From Eledone cirrhosa (taxonomy: Eukaryota): 64,000 nt of DNA. The notes below the pieces were generated by a model. The model had not been told where the DNA came from and did not search any database. It saw only the letters and a program-made list of their open reading frames with translations. Location: positions 298,902,001 through 298,966,000 of the forward strand of contig OZ024743.1 in assembly GCA_964016885.1 (NCBI GenBank). Reading direction: 5' to 3'. Positions 25,133 to 40,112 of this stretch are shown one piece after another (position 1 is the stretch's first letter; every line of letters begins with the position of its first letter). Both the position numbers and the translations under genes were made by a program.

Positions 25133-25519
25133 TGACTTTTTCAAATTTCATTTGAAAAGGAAAATCAGAGTAGAGAGGGAAGTGCTCTCTTCCCAGCATT
25201 TTGTTGAAAGATGGGTGAGAGAAGCAAGAATGGCCCGAGTGAATGGGCCGACTCTGAGTATATATCTGTAAACTAAAGGTGGAAAACTGGGAGAGGGCAC
25301 TTGCCTTGGTGGTCAGGGTCATTGTGGCTTTTTACTGGGCTTTCTCCACAAATGTCCCTCCGAAGTCTCCCCCCTATTGGGGAATTTTTCATTATTATTT
25401 TTTGTTACATCCTCTGTTTTTGTTTTTTACACGCAGAAATGCCCATTTGTACCGTCCTGCATTGTCCTGCACTGTCCTTAATGTCTACTTTATGTAAACC
25501 CTTGTGGTTAATAAAGAAA

Positions 25520-25560
<41 letters not shown>
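25133..25560 (+). mobile_element. Short 5'-truncated Tx1 copy (end of ORF2, 3' UTR, (ATT)n)
   Basis: FFKFHLKRKIRVEREVLSSQHFVERWVR...; ends CCCTTGTGGTTAATAAAGAAATC(ATT)n. Confidence 0.9.
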
Positions 25561-25562
<2 letters not shown>

Positions 25563-25569
25563 CATTATT

Positions 25570-25684
25570 AGTTCAAATCCCGCCTTTCGTCCTTACAGGG
25601 TCGATAACATAAAGTAACATAATGTACTGGATAATTGCTGGCCTTGTGCCAAAAGTAAAAACAATTATTATTATTACTATTATA
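25570..25684 (+). mobile_element. Internally deleted family A SINE fragment
   Basis: GTTCAAATCCCGCC joined to the core, then GGCCTTGTGCCAAAAGTAAAAACA(ATT)n. Confidence 0.8.
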
Positions 25685-25685
25685 A

Positions 25686-27918
25686 ATGTGTGAAGCTTTT
25701 CAGCGACACTTCGCTCAGCTGTTCGGGGGAGCAGCGGGCCGGATCGAGGGATGGACTTCTTGGTGGACTGCCGCGGCTCTCGGCCACTGAGGCGGAGTGT
25801 TGCGAAAAGCCGATAAAAGCAGCTGAAGTACAGGAGGCAATGACTGGCTGCACATGGGGTAAATCGCCTGGTTTGGATGGTCTGCCTTATGAACTTTACG
25901 TACAAATGCCAGACTTGTTTCGGAGGCCTCTTGGCGGACGTCTACTGCAACTGGCAACAGAATGGGAGAATTCCCAGCTAGGTGAGCTGAGGAGCGGTGG
26001 CGCTGCTGAGAAAAGATCCGAACAAGGGGGATAACATAGATAATTTCAGGTCCATAACTCTGCTAAACACAGAGTTCAAGATTTTGGCCAAGATGCTAGC
26101 AAAGAGGTTGGCACTTGTCATTGGTGGTCTGGTGGGAGAGGCGCAGACATGCGCCATTCCAGACAAATCCATCCACTACAACCTCCACCTCATGCGATAC
26201 ATCGTGGAGAGGGTAGCTAGGGAACCTGGCACGGGTGGGTCCTTGATCAGTTTAGATCAGTCGAAAGCTTTCGATAGGGTCGACAATCGTTATCTGGCGG
26301 CAGTCCTGAGGGCGGCTGGCTTTGGGCCCCTCTTCAGAGGTTGGATTGCTGCCATGCACAGCGGCATCTGCTCTGTGGTGAGAGTGAACGGTCACCTTTC
26401 GGAACCGTTCAACATCATGCGCTCGGTCCGCCAAGGGTGTCCCCTCTCGTCCATCTTGTACGTATTGACTCTCGATCCATTACTGCACAAACTGGAGACG
26501 TTGAGGGGGGTCCCGCGCGAACTAGGATGCGGAAGATCCGTGTCAGCATATGCGGACGATGTCACCGTAGTGGTGTCGAACGCCAAACACATCGAGGCGA
26601 TCGGCACTACACTAAGAGAATACAAAGCAGTGATAGGAGCAATGATAAACCAGGAAAAGTCGGTGGGCCTGCAGCTCGGCCCTTGAAGAAGCAGGTCCAT
26701 GCCGTCCAACAGCGTCGTCGGGCGCTGGACGGACGGACCGATTAAATTGCTAGGGGTCTGGTTCGGTCCGGACCTCCAGACGGACAAAAACTGGGACGAG
26801 GTGACGAGCAGGGTGGCTTCTCTAACCCAGAAATGGGCAGAGCGGAAGCTATCCCTGGAACGTCGAGCGGAGGTGGCGAATGCGTACATAGCGTCCGTCA
26901 TCTACTACCGCCTGACCGTCGTGCCTTGTCCTAAGCCTCGCCTGACTGTGCTGGAGCGTTTGCTCTTTCGTTTCTTGTGGAAGGCACGCGCTCCGATGGT
27001 TAGGCGGTTCATCTGCTCTCAACACCCGCTACCTGGAGGGCTGGGCATGCCGTGGCCGATGATGCGCAGACACGCGCTCAGGCTACGACATCTCTACCTC
27101 TTCCTCGACGGTGATCAGGTGTGGTCGCCGTTTGCTAGACACGTCTTTCCCCAGCTCGTCTCCTTGACGGAGCTGCAGTCCTGGTTCAAGCGAAGACCGA
27201 GAAGGAGCGCTTGGAGACTGGAATGTCTTCAGGCGCTCACAGCCCTCGACCAATCGGGCAATGTGATCGGTGGAAACTCCACCTTGGAGTTTTCTATAGA
27301 GGATTAGTGGAGGGGAAGAGTGACGACATACTTGGGGAAACTCTAGGAGTCGACGAAAATCAACTAGCCAATCTCTTCGGAAGAACTTTCGGGCCGGGGC
27401 CTATGGACAACTTCCAGAAATCCCTGCCCTGGCAGTGCTACTGAGGAGCTTTGCCAGTTCGGGATAAACTCTACAAGCATGGCGGTGCTGTCAGCCGGGC
27501 ATGTCCGAGATGCACGCAGGGCGGCGAAACCGTCTTGCACGCACTCGTCCAGTGTCCGAGCATTGCTGACTTGTGGGTTTATGTCGAACACTTGCTGTCG
27601 CGTGTAGGACGAATCCGGCTATCAGCTGAGTTCATCGTGAGGATAGCCCCGCCCTCTTCCTTTAGCGGGATAGGGCAGGAAGTTTTTATTTGTCTGGTGG
27701 CCATGTCGAAAGTGATAGTATGGTGGACGCGTTTGAAAGGGCTGAAGACGAGCACTTACTTCTTCGATGATGCGCTGATTAACTTTTTCAAATTTCATTT
27801 AACAAGGAAAATCAGGGTAGAGAGGGAAGTGCTCTCTTCCCAGCATTTTATTGAAAGATGGGTGAGAAAAGCAAGAATGGCCCGTGTGAATGGGCCTACT
27901 CTGAGTATGTGCCTGTAA
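25686..27918 (+). pseudogene. 5'-truncated, disrupted Tx1 ORF2 (related subfamily) lacking the 3' UTR
   Basis: Collinear with ORF2 from MCEAF onward; frameshifts near 25925 and 27290, stops at 26684 and 27442. Homology ends at the ORF2 stop codon. Confidence 0.93.
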
Positions 27919-28770
27919 TATATATTTACACTACTATCCCAAGTACTGTGTACTCTTACTCTTTTAAAATTGGTATAATCCTGATATATCTATATCTATG
28001 TCTATTTCTATAAATGTTTTCCAAGCATTCTAATGTCACATATTTTTACCCTGATAGAAGTAGATTGAAAATAAAATCAAACCTTTCACAATGTTATTAA
28101 CAATCTTAATGTAAAATGTGTATATTTGGAATCCTAACTCTCACCATCGACTATAATCAACGAGAACTTACTTCTGTATTTCAGCGATCAAATCAAAACT
28201 ACATCTTTAGCAGCCATTAGGATGGAAATATATAGAAAATTGCGAACTCAGTTTTATTGCGAATATCTTTATAAAAATAAAACAGAGATGAAATAAAATA
28301 TATCCGTGGAGACAGAGTTGAAGTTGTATGTAATATTTACATCAATGGAGTAGTCTGGTGACTTCATAGATGTTCAAAGAAACAGATGTTATGAAGAGAC
28401 TGTAACAGGAAAACGATTTGAGAATACGAGAAGTGAATATGATTTTCCTGGCAGAGAAAGAAATCCTAAATATACATGATTAATATGCTAATATATTACC
28501 ATATCATTCTTTTATATTGCAAATCATTTTCTCTGTCAGGAAAAATACACACAGACACAGACACACACACACGCAAGCACATACGCACACACACACACAC
28601 ACACTCACACACTCATAAACTCAAGTAAAATGTTTATATGTATATATGGGCATTTATATTTGTATATGGTATATATATATATATATATATGATCATACAA
28701 ATATGCGTAACCAAATACACACACGCTTATAAATATATGCTATATATGATATATACAATATATATATGTA

Positions 28771-28812
<42 letters not shown>

Positions 28813-28942
28813 TATATGCATATATATATAAATAAATACACACACATACACACACACACACACATATATGTATTTATATGATTATGTATAATATATATAT
28901 TTATGTACGGATTTCACGCTCACAGTCATATGACACACACAC

Positions 28943-29005
<63 letters not shown>

Positions 29006-29724
29006 ATATTTTATATTTTATTATACATATAAGCAGTGAAAATGTCCAAATGCTTCATATACAGAAATATATTTATGTAAATACATTTAACGGCGAAGAT
29101 TAAATCAGAAGTGGAAAAGAAAACATATCCACTTTAGTAAATACAAACACACAGCTAAATACACATAAATATAGTTATGTCCTTGTGTGCAAAACACTTT
29201 CACACATAATATCGAAAGATAAGAAAATCGTTGACTCAAGAAGTATGGAGGAGAAAGCTATTTAACTTGCAGGAGTAAACAAGCTGTACATATATAAAAG
29301 AAATTGGAAGTCGACAGAACAATATCACGAAAATGAAATAGTGGCAAAGAAAATTACAACAAATTTATACCAAAAATATAAAACAAACTTTTATAATCAG
29401 ATTCCAAATTGAAATATTTCGTATTATATTTATTTCAGATCTTCATTTCATACAGAAATTTCTCTTGGAATAAGAACATCTCTGAAAATCACTTTAGAAA
29501 TGATATATGGATTTTTTCCTTTCTGTCTTCTTCATTCCTATTTTTTTCTTTCCTATTATGTTGCTTTAATATATGCATATACATGTACGTATATTCAACT
29601 AAACACGTACACACGCATTACTTTTTATATAATTTGTGTTATCTCTCTACACTGAGACATACGGGACTTCTGACACACTCACATACACATATAAATACAT
29701 ACATACACATACACATACACAGGC

Positions 29725-29773
<49 letters not shown>

Positions 29774-29805
29774 TAAATGTATATATGCATATTTATATAT
29801 ATGAA

Positions 29806-29856
<51 letters not shown>

Positions 29857-30161
29857 GCAAAAGTTATATATTAACGTATACACAGACATAAAGAGGTTTG
29901 CACATATTTACATTTCCCTTTCGAGTTGATTAAAAAAAGTATAAATTATATTCCCCCAGTGATGTCCTGTAACTGATAGATGAATTATATTGTCACTGGT
30001 AGATAAATTATGAATACATTATATATATTTCAAGCACGCACACACACAAACACACACACATATATATATATATATATACACAAAATACACAGATATACAC
30101 ACACACACGCACCCGCACGCACACATCTATATATAAATTGAGAGGAAGACAACGAGAAGAA

Positions 30162-30212
<51 letters not shown>

Positions 30213-30549
30213 AGAAAAAAAAGAGACAAAGAAAGAGAGAAGATTGATGATATTGGGTGAATGCGTGCCACAGGTATGGACAATATACCTGAGTTAATAT
30301 ACGAATTGAAACAATGTTTTAGAAATAGCTTCTTAGATGCAGACTGCTGATGTATTTACATCAGTTGCCTTTTGATTAGATGTCAATGTGCATCACTTTA
30401 CGGAAGCAATACAATACACCTTAGAGTCAAGTCTGTAGACTATACAAACCATTTCAAATGTATGATTTTGTAATCTTGTGAGGAAACATTGTATAGCATA
30501 TTTCCAATGAGTTTATTTGCTTGATTGGTTAAAGTGGCTTAAACTTGTA

Positions 30550-30725
30550 AATTATTGTTTCTACATTTGGCACAAGGCCAGTAATTACCCAGTACATTAA
30601 TGGTACTTTATTTTATCGACCCCGGATGAAAGGCAAAGTGAACCTCGGCGGGATTTGAACTCACACCGTAAAGGGACGTAACTATGCTGGAAAGCATGGC
30701 GTCCGACACTCTACCGATATTGCCA
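30550..30725 (-). mobile_element. tRNA-derived SINE (family A)
   Basis: Matches the 7319-7499 copy over its length, with a small deletion in the core. Confidence 0.9.
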
Positions 30726-32224
30726 ATCCACCATTGATGGCCAATTTAAATTATAATATTGATGTTCACTTTGTCGGCATTACTGGGAGAAAATAGTCGA
30801 TTTTAGGAATTCACGTAAAAACGCAGTGACGAATATAATTTGTTTAGGATTGGTTTTTCTCACCAATGTACATCTCCCTAAATATACAAATAAAAAATAA
30901 GAGCAATATGAGAAAAGAAAGTGAAATGTGCTAGAAAGAACGAAAATATTCTGACACTTAAAGAAAAATGTTGAGGCTGAATGCTTTTCGGCAACATACT
31001 GCTGACACACATTAATCGTGTTTGTGAAAGTGAAATAGAACTGAAACCCATGTTATAAGATCGACTGTTTGGCTAATGACTGTTGATGATTTATTTTGGT
31101 TTATTGGTTTGATTAATTACAAACCTCATACTTGTTTAAGAAAAAAATGTTAAATTATTGATTTGTATGCTTTTGCCAAAGGTATAAGACGTATTATTGT
31201 GGTGAAATAATTATGAATGGTAACTGAAACCCACTTCATTGTCTCAGCTTTCCTAGAATTGTCACACAGCTTTCACCGTTAGTGATTTTGTTAAATAACA
31301 ATAAAACGGCAAAGGTGATACAGAATTATTAGGGTCTATTAGAAGGGCATTTCTCATGCAAATAGAATGGGGAGGAAAATTGATTGTAAGCAAGCGAATC
31401 CAACAACTACTTCTGATTCAAAGTTACAGCCTTATTATTTTCTTTATGCCACAAATTAACATCTTTTCAAGAGATGCAAACATCACCGAATCATGCCCTT
31501 CTCCTATGCAGCAATGAAATGCATGGACACGCAATCCAATAAAGAATTGGATGGACACTATTACTCTGTTCTAAGAAATAATAGTAACCCCAATCTCTGA
31601 TGGTACCTCATAGTATTCTCATATAAATATATAGATATACACTTTTCATTCCTATTTTCACATTCTAAGGGCCAGGTATCGTTTTCATGTCCCAAAAATG
31701 TTTCATCCCTATTACTGTCCTGCTTCAAAGTTCAAACATGACTAACTTTACAGTAGTGTCTATATATATTTCAAAATGCTGAAGTTATAGAGACATACAC
31801 TCTAGACTGTATAAGAAACGAACGTAATCCAGCAGATTAGCAACGACTCACCCACGAATAAACTACAGCCATGCACTCTTATATGTACATTTCATTGCAT
31901 CGTCTTTTCTACATACACTACAGCAGTTTCTAGTTCTTTTAACTATTTAGTGGTATTACACGTCCACCCACATCTTCATATAATATGAAGTTATAGCCTG
32001 GGATGGTTTAAATAGATTATGAAGAATTTACTGTCTCCACTGTCATTATTTTTATTGCTGGTGTTGATGTTGTCGTCGTTGTTACGGCTTACATTTACAC
32101 AGGTTTCGCTAGCCTTTTAGGTGGTTGCATCCTTCTCATAGGAAGTTTCTTGGGTGTTTTAATGATAGGGCCCGATTTCCTATCATGTCAATCCTGTTAT
32201 TCTTTTTTCCGGTGACAGTGGATG

Positions 32225-32490
32225 CAGGTGCTCTAGTGGTAAGGGCGTTGGACTTACGATTATAATGTCGTGGGTTCTATTCCTGGGCTGCATTGTGTGC
32301 TGTGTTATTGAGCAAAACACTTCATTTCACGTTGCTTCTGTATACTCAGCTGAAAATTAGTAATAGCTGGTGTTTAAACCTGAAATTGACTGGCATCCTG
32401 TCCAGGAGACGTTTTGTACCCTCAGTCGCTTCACACTACGTAAACCAGGATAAGCACTGACCTGATGTGCCTCCAGGTTCGAGATATACT
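32225..32490 (+). mobile_element. tRNA-derived SINE (family B)
   Basis: TAGTGGTAAGGGCGTTGGACTT tRNA-like head, GGTTCTATTCC B-box, GACTGGCATCCTGTCCAGG, AAACCAGGATAAGC. Confidence 0.8.
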
Positions 32491-33774
32491 TTAGACTTAG
32501 AAGGTAGGATTTGATCTCAGAACGCATAGAGCAGAAACAATTACTGTAAGGCATACCATTCGCTGCTCGAACAAATCCGCCAATATACCACCACGAACTG
32601 ATAATATATTTACCGACCTCAAGAGAATGAAAGGCAAATTGAATTGAACTCAGAGCATTGACTGTCAATACAAATATTGCATGATATCTAATTTACTCTA
32701 ATTTACTCTAATTTACTAATGACTCTGCCAAATCCCAACTCACTAATTGATAGTAAGATTTGGTCAGTTGTTAAAAGATTAAGTTCATTTATCACATTTC
32801 AATATCGTTGATAGGAAACGAACCATGAACTCTTAGACGGCATTTGAATATAATTTCGGCGTTAACAGATATGATTCAATCTTCCAACCATTGGCAACAT
32901 AACTACTAAAACAACATTAGCAGACTAACTGCAAATATATTGTCAATATAGAAACGTTTTCATGTTGAAATCTTTGGAAGATTAAGACATTGATTGATTA
33001 ATCGAACTAGTCATTTGATTAATTTATTACCAAATAACAAAAGCCAAACTTTGCTGAGAAACAGAGTTTGGGAGAAAATCGAAAATATTGAATATAAATT
33101 GTAAGAAATAACGTGGATCATATATATTTACACAAACACACACACACACACACACACACATACCCCCCCCCCCCCCACACCCACACATCCACCCACCCAC
33201 ACCCACACCCACAACCACACCCACACCCACACCCCCACACACACACGCACACACACACACATACACATACATACAGGCACACACACACACACAAACGCAT
33301 GCGCACGTACACACACACATAAACGCATGCGCACGCACACATGCACTCACACACAGACGCACGCAGACATATGCACATGTTTACATACATATATTCACAT
33401 ATAAGACTGGCACACCGACATGTATTTTACTTTTACTTTAAGTGTGTGCATGTGTGTGTGTATATATATGTGTGTGTGTGTATGCGTGTGTGTATGTGTG
33501 TATGTGTGTGTATATGTGTGTGTATGTGTGTATGTGTGTGTGTGTCTGTATGTATGAGTGTATATGTGTGTGTGTGTAAGTGCATGTATGAGTGTATGTG
33601 TGTCTGTGTATGTGTAAGTGTATATATATATGTGTGTGTGAATGTGTTTTTGTCTATCATGTATGTTGTAGGATGTAAATAAGATAAAGCAAATCTTCAG
33701 ATATGAAATTCAATGGGAAGCTATAGAAGAGAAGATCACAGCCAAGAGAAATATTTCTCTCTCTTTCTGTCTCT

Positions 33775-33863
<89 letters not shown>

Positions 33864-34744
33864 TTCCCACTCCATCAATGTACCAAGACAAAAACACTGA
33901 ATCTATAAGATAACTCGTAAACTTTAACATAAAGAAATTTTGAAGCAATTAAAATAAATTGAAGCTGTCCAATGAGATGATTTATTGGATTATTTCTGAC
34001 AGGTATTGTTCATAAAATGTAACTAATTGGTATTTCACTTTAACCTTACAAGATATACACAGTCATAGGAATTTCTTTATGTTATACCCATGTTTACGCG
34101 TCTATGTCTATTTGAATTATTTGTCTAATATGCAAAATGAGAAGAGAGAAGCAGCAGCAGCCACGACAACAACAACAACAACAGACAGACACAACAACAA
34201 CATCAACGAAAATAGCCGCCTACCTACTTATATAAGTATTGAGACGTATTGCTCATGAATTAATTGATCAATAGCATAAAGCAATAACGGTTCTTTACAG
34301 AGTTCCAAATTTGACATTGAGTGAGAATTTAAGATTACAGTTCTTTAGTAAAATACTCCATTCAGTTAGGAGACAGACAAAAAAACAAAACAAAAAAAAA
34401 CAAAAACAAAAAAAAAACAAAAAAAACAACAAAAAACAACAAACAAAAAAAACAACAAAACCAAAACAAAACAAAACACCACCACCATCAACAACAACAA
34501 TAACACAACCACTTCAAAATATATGGCTTTTCTTCTGAATCTATTCATATACATATACGGGGAAACTAATAACTAAGTTTAGAAAATCTTCGTTTGAGCA
34601 GGTGTTTATATTTTGTATTTTGTCTTATGTTTCCGTTACATAGGTACACCCAAAATATGTTTGTCTTTACCTTAGAACATGAATGATTCGAATTTGTGTA
34701 GCCTCTGTGGAAAAATCGATATCGTCATTATCATAAATGGTAGG

Positions 34745-35155
34745 GTGGTAGGTTGGCAGAATTGCTGGAGCGTCAAACAAAATGCTTTGCGACTTACAGT
34801 TACGGCCCTTTACCTTCTGAGTTTAAATCTCACCTAGATCTACTTTAACTTCAATCCTTAAAGAATTCAGTGAAGACTTCAGTGAAGTGTTTGAATCGAT
34901 TTGAACCACTTTACTAATTCCACCAAATTGCTAAACGTATGTCTAATTTATAAAACCCTTTAGTTAGAGCGACCGAGAAAATACCTTTCAGTATTTGTTC
35001 AGCCTATTTACGCTCTGAGTCTAAAGTCCACCGAACTGAAAAACCTTCCACTAATCCGGGATCGATAAAATAAAAGGCCAGTCAAGTATTCGGATTGATT
35101 TTATCGAATTTCGCTCTCACCAAATTCCTGGCCATCAGCCAAAATTAGAAATCAT
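34745..35155 (+). mobile_element. Two degraded tandem tRNA-SINEs related to family A
   Basis: TGGCAGAATTG...CTGAGTTTAAATC; second copy has GATCGATAAAATAAAAGGCCAG...AAATTCCTGGCC...AGAAATCAT. Confidence 0.6.
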
Positions 35156-35879
35156 CAGGCGAGGGAATAAAATGAGGCCCTTGAGATCAAGACCACAACG
35201 TCCAACACAATTATCCTGGTATTGTTGTAAAAACAAAAAAACCCTTCAAAATAGATTCTAATTGATATTTCTGTCTCTCAAGATCACAGTGTGATTGAAA
35301 ATGAAACAGAAAAGATCAATAGGAATGCAGTCCTTGCAGGCACTATTAAAATGAGCACCATGTAGAGACATTGGGGGAGCTAGGAAAAGTTCCTAAACGT
35401 CTTACGTCTTTCATCAAAAGCCTTGGGAACCTTGACTTCATAGGCAGTGCCCAAATTTCTATCATCACTACTACTGCTAGAACCCTGCGCGATATGTATC
35501 GAGTCTCTCAGATCAGGGACATATATAAGGCCAATTAACGCTTCACCTAGCAAATGACTGCTAGAGTTTAAAAAAAAGTATTATTAGAATAATTTTTATT
35601 GCACATCATCACTGCATTATGGAAACCAGCTCTGTGCACCTGGAGTATGTGCAATGTGGTTTTTATTGGTGTTATTTCTCTTGTGCTGAGAGTACTCTTC
35701 GTAATGTGTGCAGTGCCTAGAGGTGTATACATTTGTTAGTTCTGAGGCATTGGTTCTATATCTGTATGTGTTTTTGTTATCATTCTTATAGCACCTATAT
35801 GTATTGTTTTCGTTTTCACCATCCACACTCATGTTATTTCTATACCTAGAGTTTTATGTTTGGATATAAAAATGTATTG

Positions 35880-36600
35880 TCTGTGCAGAACTGATATATC
35901 AATTAAAAGACATTTCTTTTATTTGTAGTCTTTGGATATGATATCCAGTCGGTTGGCTTTGATCTCCTTGTCTGTATATATTGGTATATCCCAGGGATTG
36001 TTTGCTTTGTCATTCTTTGATACCTTTTCTGGTGTGTGTTTGTGCGTTCTTTTTTCTATTGGTATTTCGTAATGTTGGCATAACTTCCAGTGTATGTAAA
36101 CCACAACTCTATCATGTCTCTGGATATATTCGTTTTTTGAGTGATGTGGGTAACTATTACTTCTCCACCTTCATATATTCCGCAGTTATTTACTGCTTCA
36201 ATATGTACCACTGGTAGTTTCTGGGGAGGCTTTGATCTTGTGCTGAAATTCGTCAGTCTCGGCTTTTAGTCCAGTGCTTCTTAACCAGTTTTGAGAATGT
36301 TTCTTGCCAACATCCTCCCTATTCAGTGTTTTCATGTGTTGGCCATGTAGTTGTTTTTCTTGCCATTACTTTAGCATAACACTCTAGAGATATGTTTACA
36401 ATTTGGAATTTAGCTTTTTAGCAGTTTCTGTTGCTATTTCTCACGTGTTTTCATTTTCCACATCATTATCTGATAATTCAGCTTCTGTTATTAATTTGTT
36501 CTACAATTGTTACTTTATAATAGTTTTCTAGTTGCATAAGCCCCTTCCTCCTTGTGTTCGTGATGGGTATAATCCTTCTACATCTGATTTTGTGACATTT
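35880..36600 (-). pseudogene. Decayed R4/Dong-type LINE fragment
   Basis: WQEKQLHG and YIHWKLCQHYEIP...WDIPIYTDKEIKANRLDII, homologous to the 20433 ORF. Confidence 0.8.
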
Positions 36601-36659
36601 TCAAGGTGACTCAATTTCACCTCTTATGTTTTACATAGTTCCAATACTTCTTAGGGTTA

Positions 36660-37570
36660 TAAAACTGACAGCTGGAAAATAAGCCATATATTCTATATAC
36701 ATGAAATAAAATTATATAGCAAAGACAATGGTGGGATCGAAGGCCTTTTACGTACTGTGAAAGCATTCAGTGATGGATTTGGGATAGAATTTTGGCTTAA
36801 TTGTACCAAGGTCACTTTCAAGAATGGGAAATTGATAAACTCAATTCCTTTTGAATTAAACGTTGAAACATCCATAAAAGAACTCAAGCAGGAATAGACT
36901 TATAAATAGCTAGGTATAAATGAAGGCGCTGGCATGTAGCATGCAAACATGAAAGAAAGGCCCAGTTTAAACTATCGACAAAACTACCACTATTGAACTG
37001 GCAAAATATCTTGAAACAACAAACGACTGGATGCTGAAACTCTTTTGCTACTGGTCTCCTGACGAATAACCAGACTGGACAGACAGAATGAACTGTGCAA
37101 GGCAAGTAACAAAAATGGCAAAGAAAAAAGGGTATGAGCAATTAGCATCAAAGTGGGAACAGAAACCTCTGCATGACAAATATGTGGCCCGTAGTAAACA
37201 AGCAGATGTTGACCAGAAGCACACCAAGCAGTGGCTACGTAGTGCAAGGCAGAGAACGAAGGCTTCATATTAGTAGCTCAAGATCAAAGCTTATTAACTC
37301 GTAACTACCAAGGCAATGTGATAAGAAATGGATTAGATACAAAATATGATTCTGCAATTCTGAATGTGATAAGAAATGGATTAGATACAAAATATGATTC
37401 TGCAATTCTGAATGTGAAAAGAAATGGATTAGATACAAAGTATGATTCTGCAATTCTGAAACGGCGGACAACTTAATCTCCGAATGTAAAGTTCTAGCAC
37501 CAGTAGAGTATAAATCAAGGACTGACAGAGTTGGCCAATATCTAGACTAGTTATGTAATCACAATGTTGC
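36660..37570 (+). pseudogene. Second decayed R4/Dong-type fragment with an internal 48-bp triplication (37315-37460)
   Basis: IKLYSKDNGGIEGLLRTVKAFSD and KWEQKPLHDKYVARSKQADVDQKHTKQWLRS; AATGTGATAAGAAATGGATTAGATACAAAATATGATTCTGCAATTCTG x3. Confidence 0.8.
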
Positions 37571-37603
37571 GGAATTTGAGAAGCTCAGAAAATAGAAGTA
37601 TTT

Positions 37604-37801
<198 letters not shown>

Positions 37802-38057
37802 TAATATATCATGGTGTATATACATATATATATACACAGAGACTAAGTATGTGACGTAGTCACTACTTTAAAATTCATAGGGAATGGTCTTCAAAATCTT
37901 TTTAGATAAACATACAGTATATTATCAAATATACTATGCGTACATTCATATATATAACATCAAGATATGTGACTTGATTACCTAATAATCAATATATATA
38001 ATATTACTCTGTGGATTATTCATACTGGATCAACTTATATTAATTATTAACATAATT

Positions 38058-38207
38058 AAGTGTTTCTACTTTAGGCACAAGGCCAGAAATTACCCAGTGC
38101 ATTACTGGTACTTTATTTTATCGACCCCATAAGGATGAAAGGCAAAGTCAACCTCAGATCGTAAAGGGACGTAACTCTATGCTTCAAAGCATGGCGTCCG
38201 ACCCTAC
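38058..38207 (-). mobile_element. Family A SINE with the B-box deleted
   Basis: Core and 3' end match; AACCTC is joined directly to AGATCGTAAAGGGACG. Confidence 0.85.
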
Positions 38208-38708
38208 GTAATTAATATCAACTAGGTGTTTACAATGAGCAATTACCTTAACAACACACAGCACAACTAAACAGTGAACTTGCCTTTTTTTGTATACGCA
38301 CATCCACCCTACAATACAAAAGGCTGAAGGCGTCTACAAAAAGGAGATACCAGGATTTTATCTCATATATATATATGTGTGTGTGAGTCTGTGTGTGTGT
38401 GCGTGCGGGCGCGCGTGTATATTAACTAGAAAAAGAGGTTGATAGGTAAATAGATTGAAAGCTTACCCATTGATGAATTAAACTTTATTCATTTACTATA
38501 TAAGAACTCAAAAATCCAAAGAGGACTCGATAAGAGTTGCATATATATAAGAGAGTAAATATATATATGTAGTCTGTGGCGCTGAGACCAGGGAGACCAC
38601 TGACCATGGGAGTACTCAATGCATGGAGAGATGCAGAGTGGGTATAGAGATATATAAATTCCCGGTTTCGGTTTGTGACAGAGGCCGAAAACGCTTAACT
38701 CTGCGTCG

Positions 38709-38800
<92 letters not shown>

Positions 38801-38821
38801 TATATATAGATATATATATCT

Positions 38822-38950
38822 CTTTACTGGACTGTACTCCTGAAGAAGGGCTTAAGCTCGACACGTCGAACTTTCTTTCCTCTTTCCAATATAAAGTGTG
38901 AAACTAATAAAACATTTTGTACTTTTGTTTGTTGTCTTCTTGAATTATAT
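38822..38950 (+). mobile_element. Penelope-like element 3' remnant with a degenerate hammerhead motif
   Basis: CTGAAGA-A-GGGCTTAAGCTC-GACA-CGTC, then AATAAA, a T-rich stretch and (TA)n. Confidence 0.55.
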
Positions 38951-38965
38951 ATATAGAGAGATAAT

Positions 38966-39023
<58 letters not shown>

Positions 39024-39193
39024 CGCATTTTATATAATAAATTTGATTTATGAAAGAGACAATTCACTGAGGAGGACTATTGAAAAATACGCATTATAAT
39101 AAACGTTATGAGAAAAGCTCACTTTCCTAATAAATAAATGAGGATACATAAACAGTCATACAGTTAGTTATTCAGAGACAGATGTGTGTGTGT

Positions 39194-39241
<48 letters not shown>

Positions 39242-39436
39242 ACGTATGACACACACGTACATATATATATATATATTTATATAGATATATATAGATATAT
39301 ATACATATGTTTTATATAGATATATATAGATATATACACATATGACACACACGTACATATATATATATATATATTTATATAGATATATATAGATATATAT
39401 ACATATGTTTATTTACACCAGATTTCAACTGGAATA

Positions 39437-39616
39437 AATAATTGTTTCTACTTGAGGCACAGTGCCACCAATTATCCAGTACATTACTGGTACTTTATTT
39501 TATCGACCCCGTAAGGATGAAAGGCAAAGTTAACCTCGGTGGGTTTTGAACTCAGACTGTAAAGGGACGTAACTATGCTAGAAAACATGGCGTCCAACCC
39601 TCTACCGATACTGCCA
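39437..39616 (-). mobile_element. tRNA-derived SINE (family A)
   Basis: Full A-box, B-box and core match. Confidence 0.9.
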
Positions 39617-40003
39617 ATAAATACATACATATATACATAGACAGACAGACACACACACACATACATGTATATATTATTTCAACCTATAACGGCTCTGTAG
39701 TATACCAGTTATCCTACATTGAGCTAAAACCACACTGTCATACCAAGGGCAATATATCTGCGTGTCTGGGCACATTGATATATTTGTCAACGAAACTATA
39801 TTATTTCATATATATTATATTTATATTCGTTGCTCTTGAAGGACAGTGTAAATATAATTTCTTTTTAAGTGTAAGTCGTCAACAATACAGCTTTTAATAA
39901 TGGGAAAACGCGAAGTGAAGCGAGCCTTGACTCTACTGCGCATGCGTTACCCATATTCAAGGTAGTAACTTCGCCTATAATGATATATACGTACATACAC
40001 ATA

Positions 40004-40052
<49 letters not shown>

Positions 40053-40067
40053 ACACATAGACGTATA

Positions 40068-40112
<45 letters not shown>

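Noticed and set aside
35880-37570. Twin-priming inversion of a single Dong copy
   Set aside because: Both fragments include the same WxxKxLH region, so they are two separate old copies.
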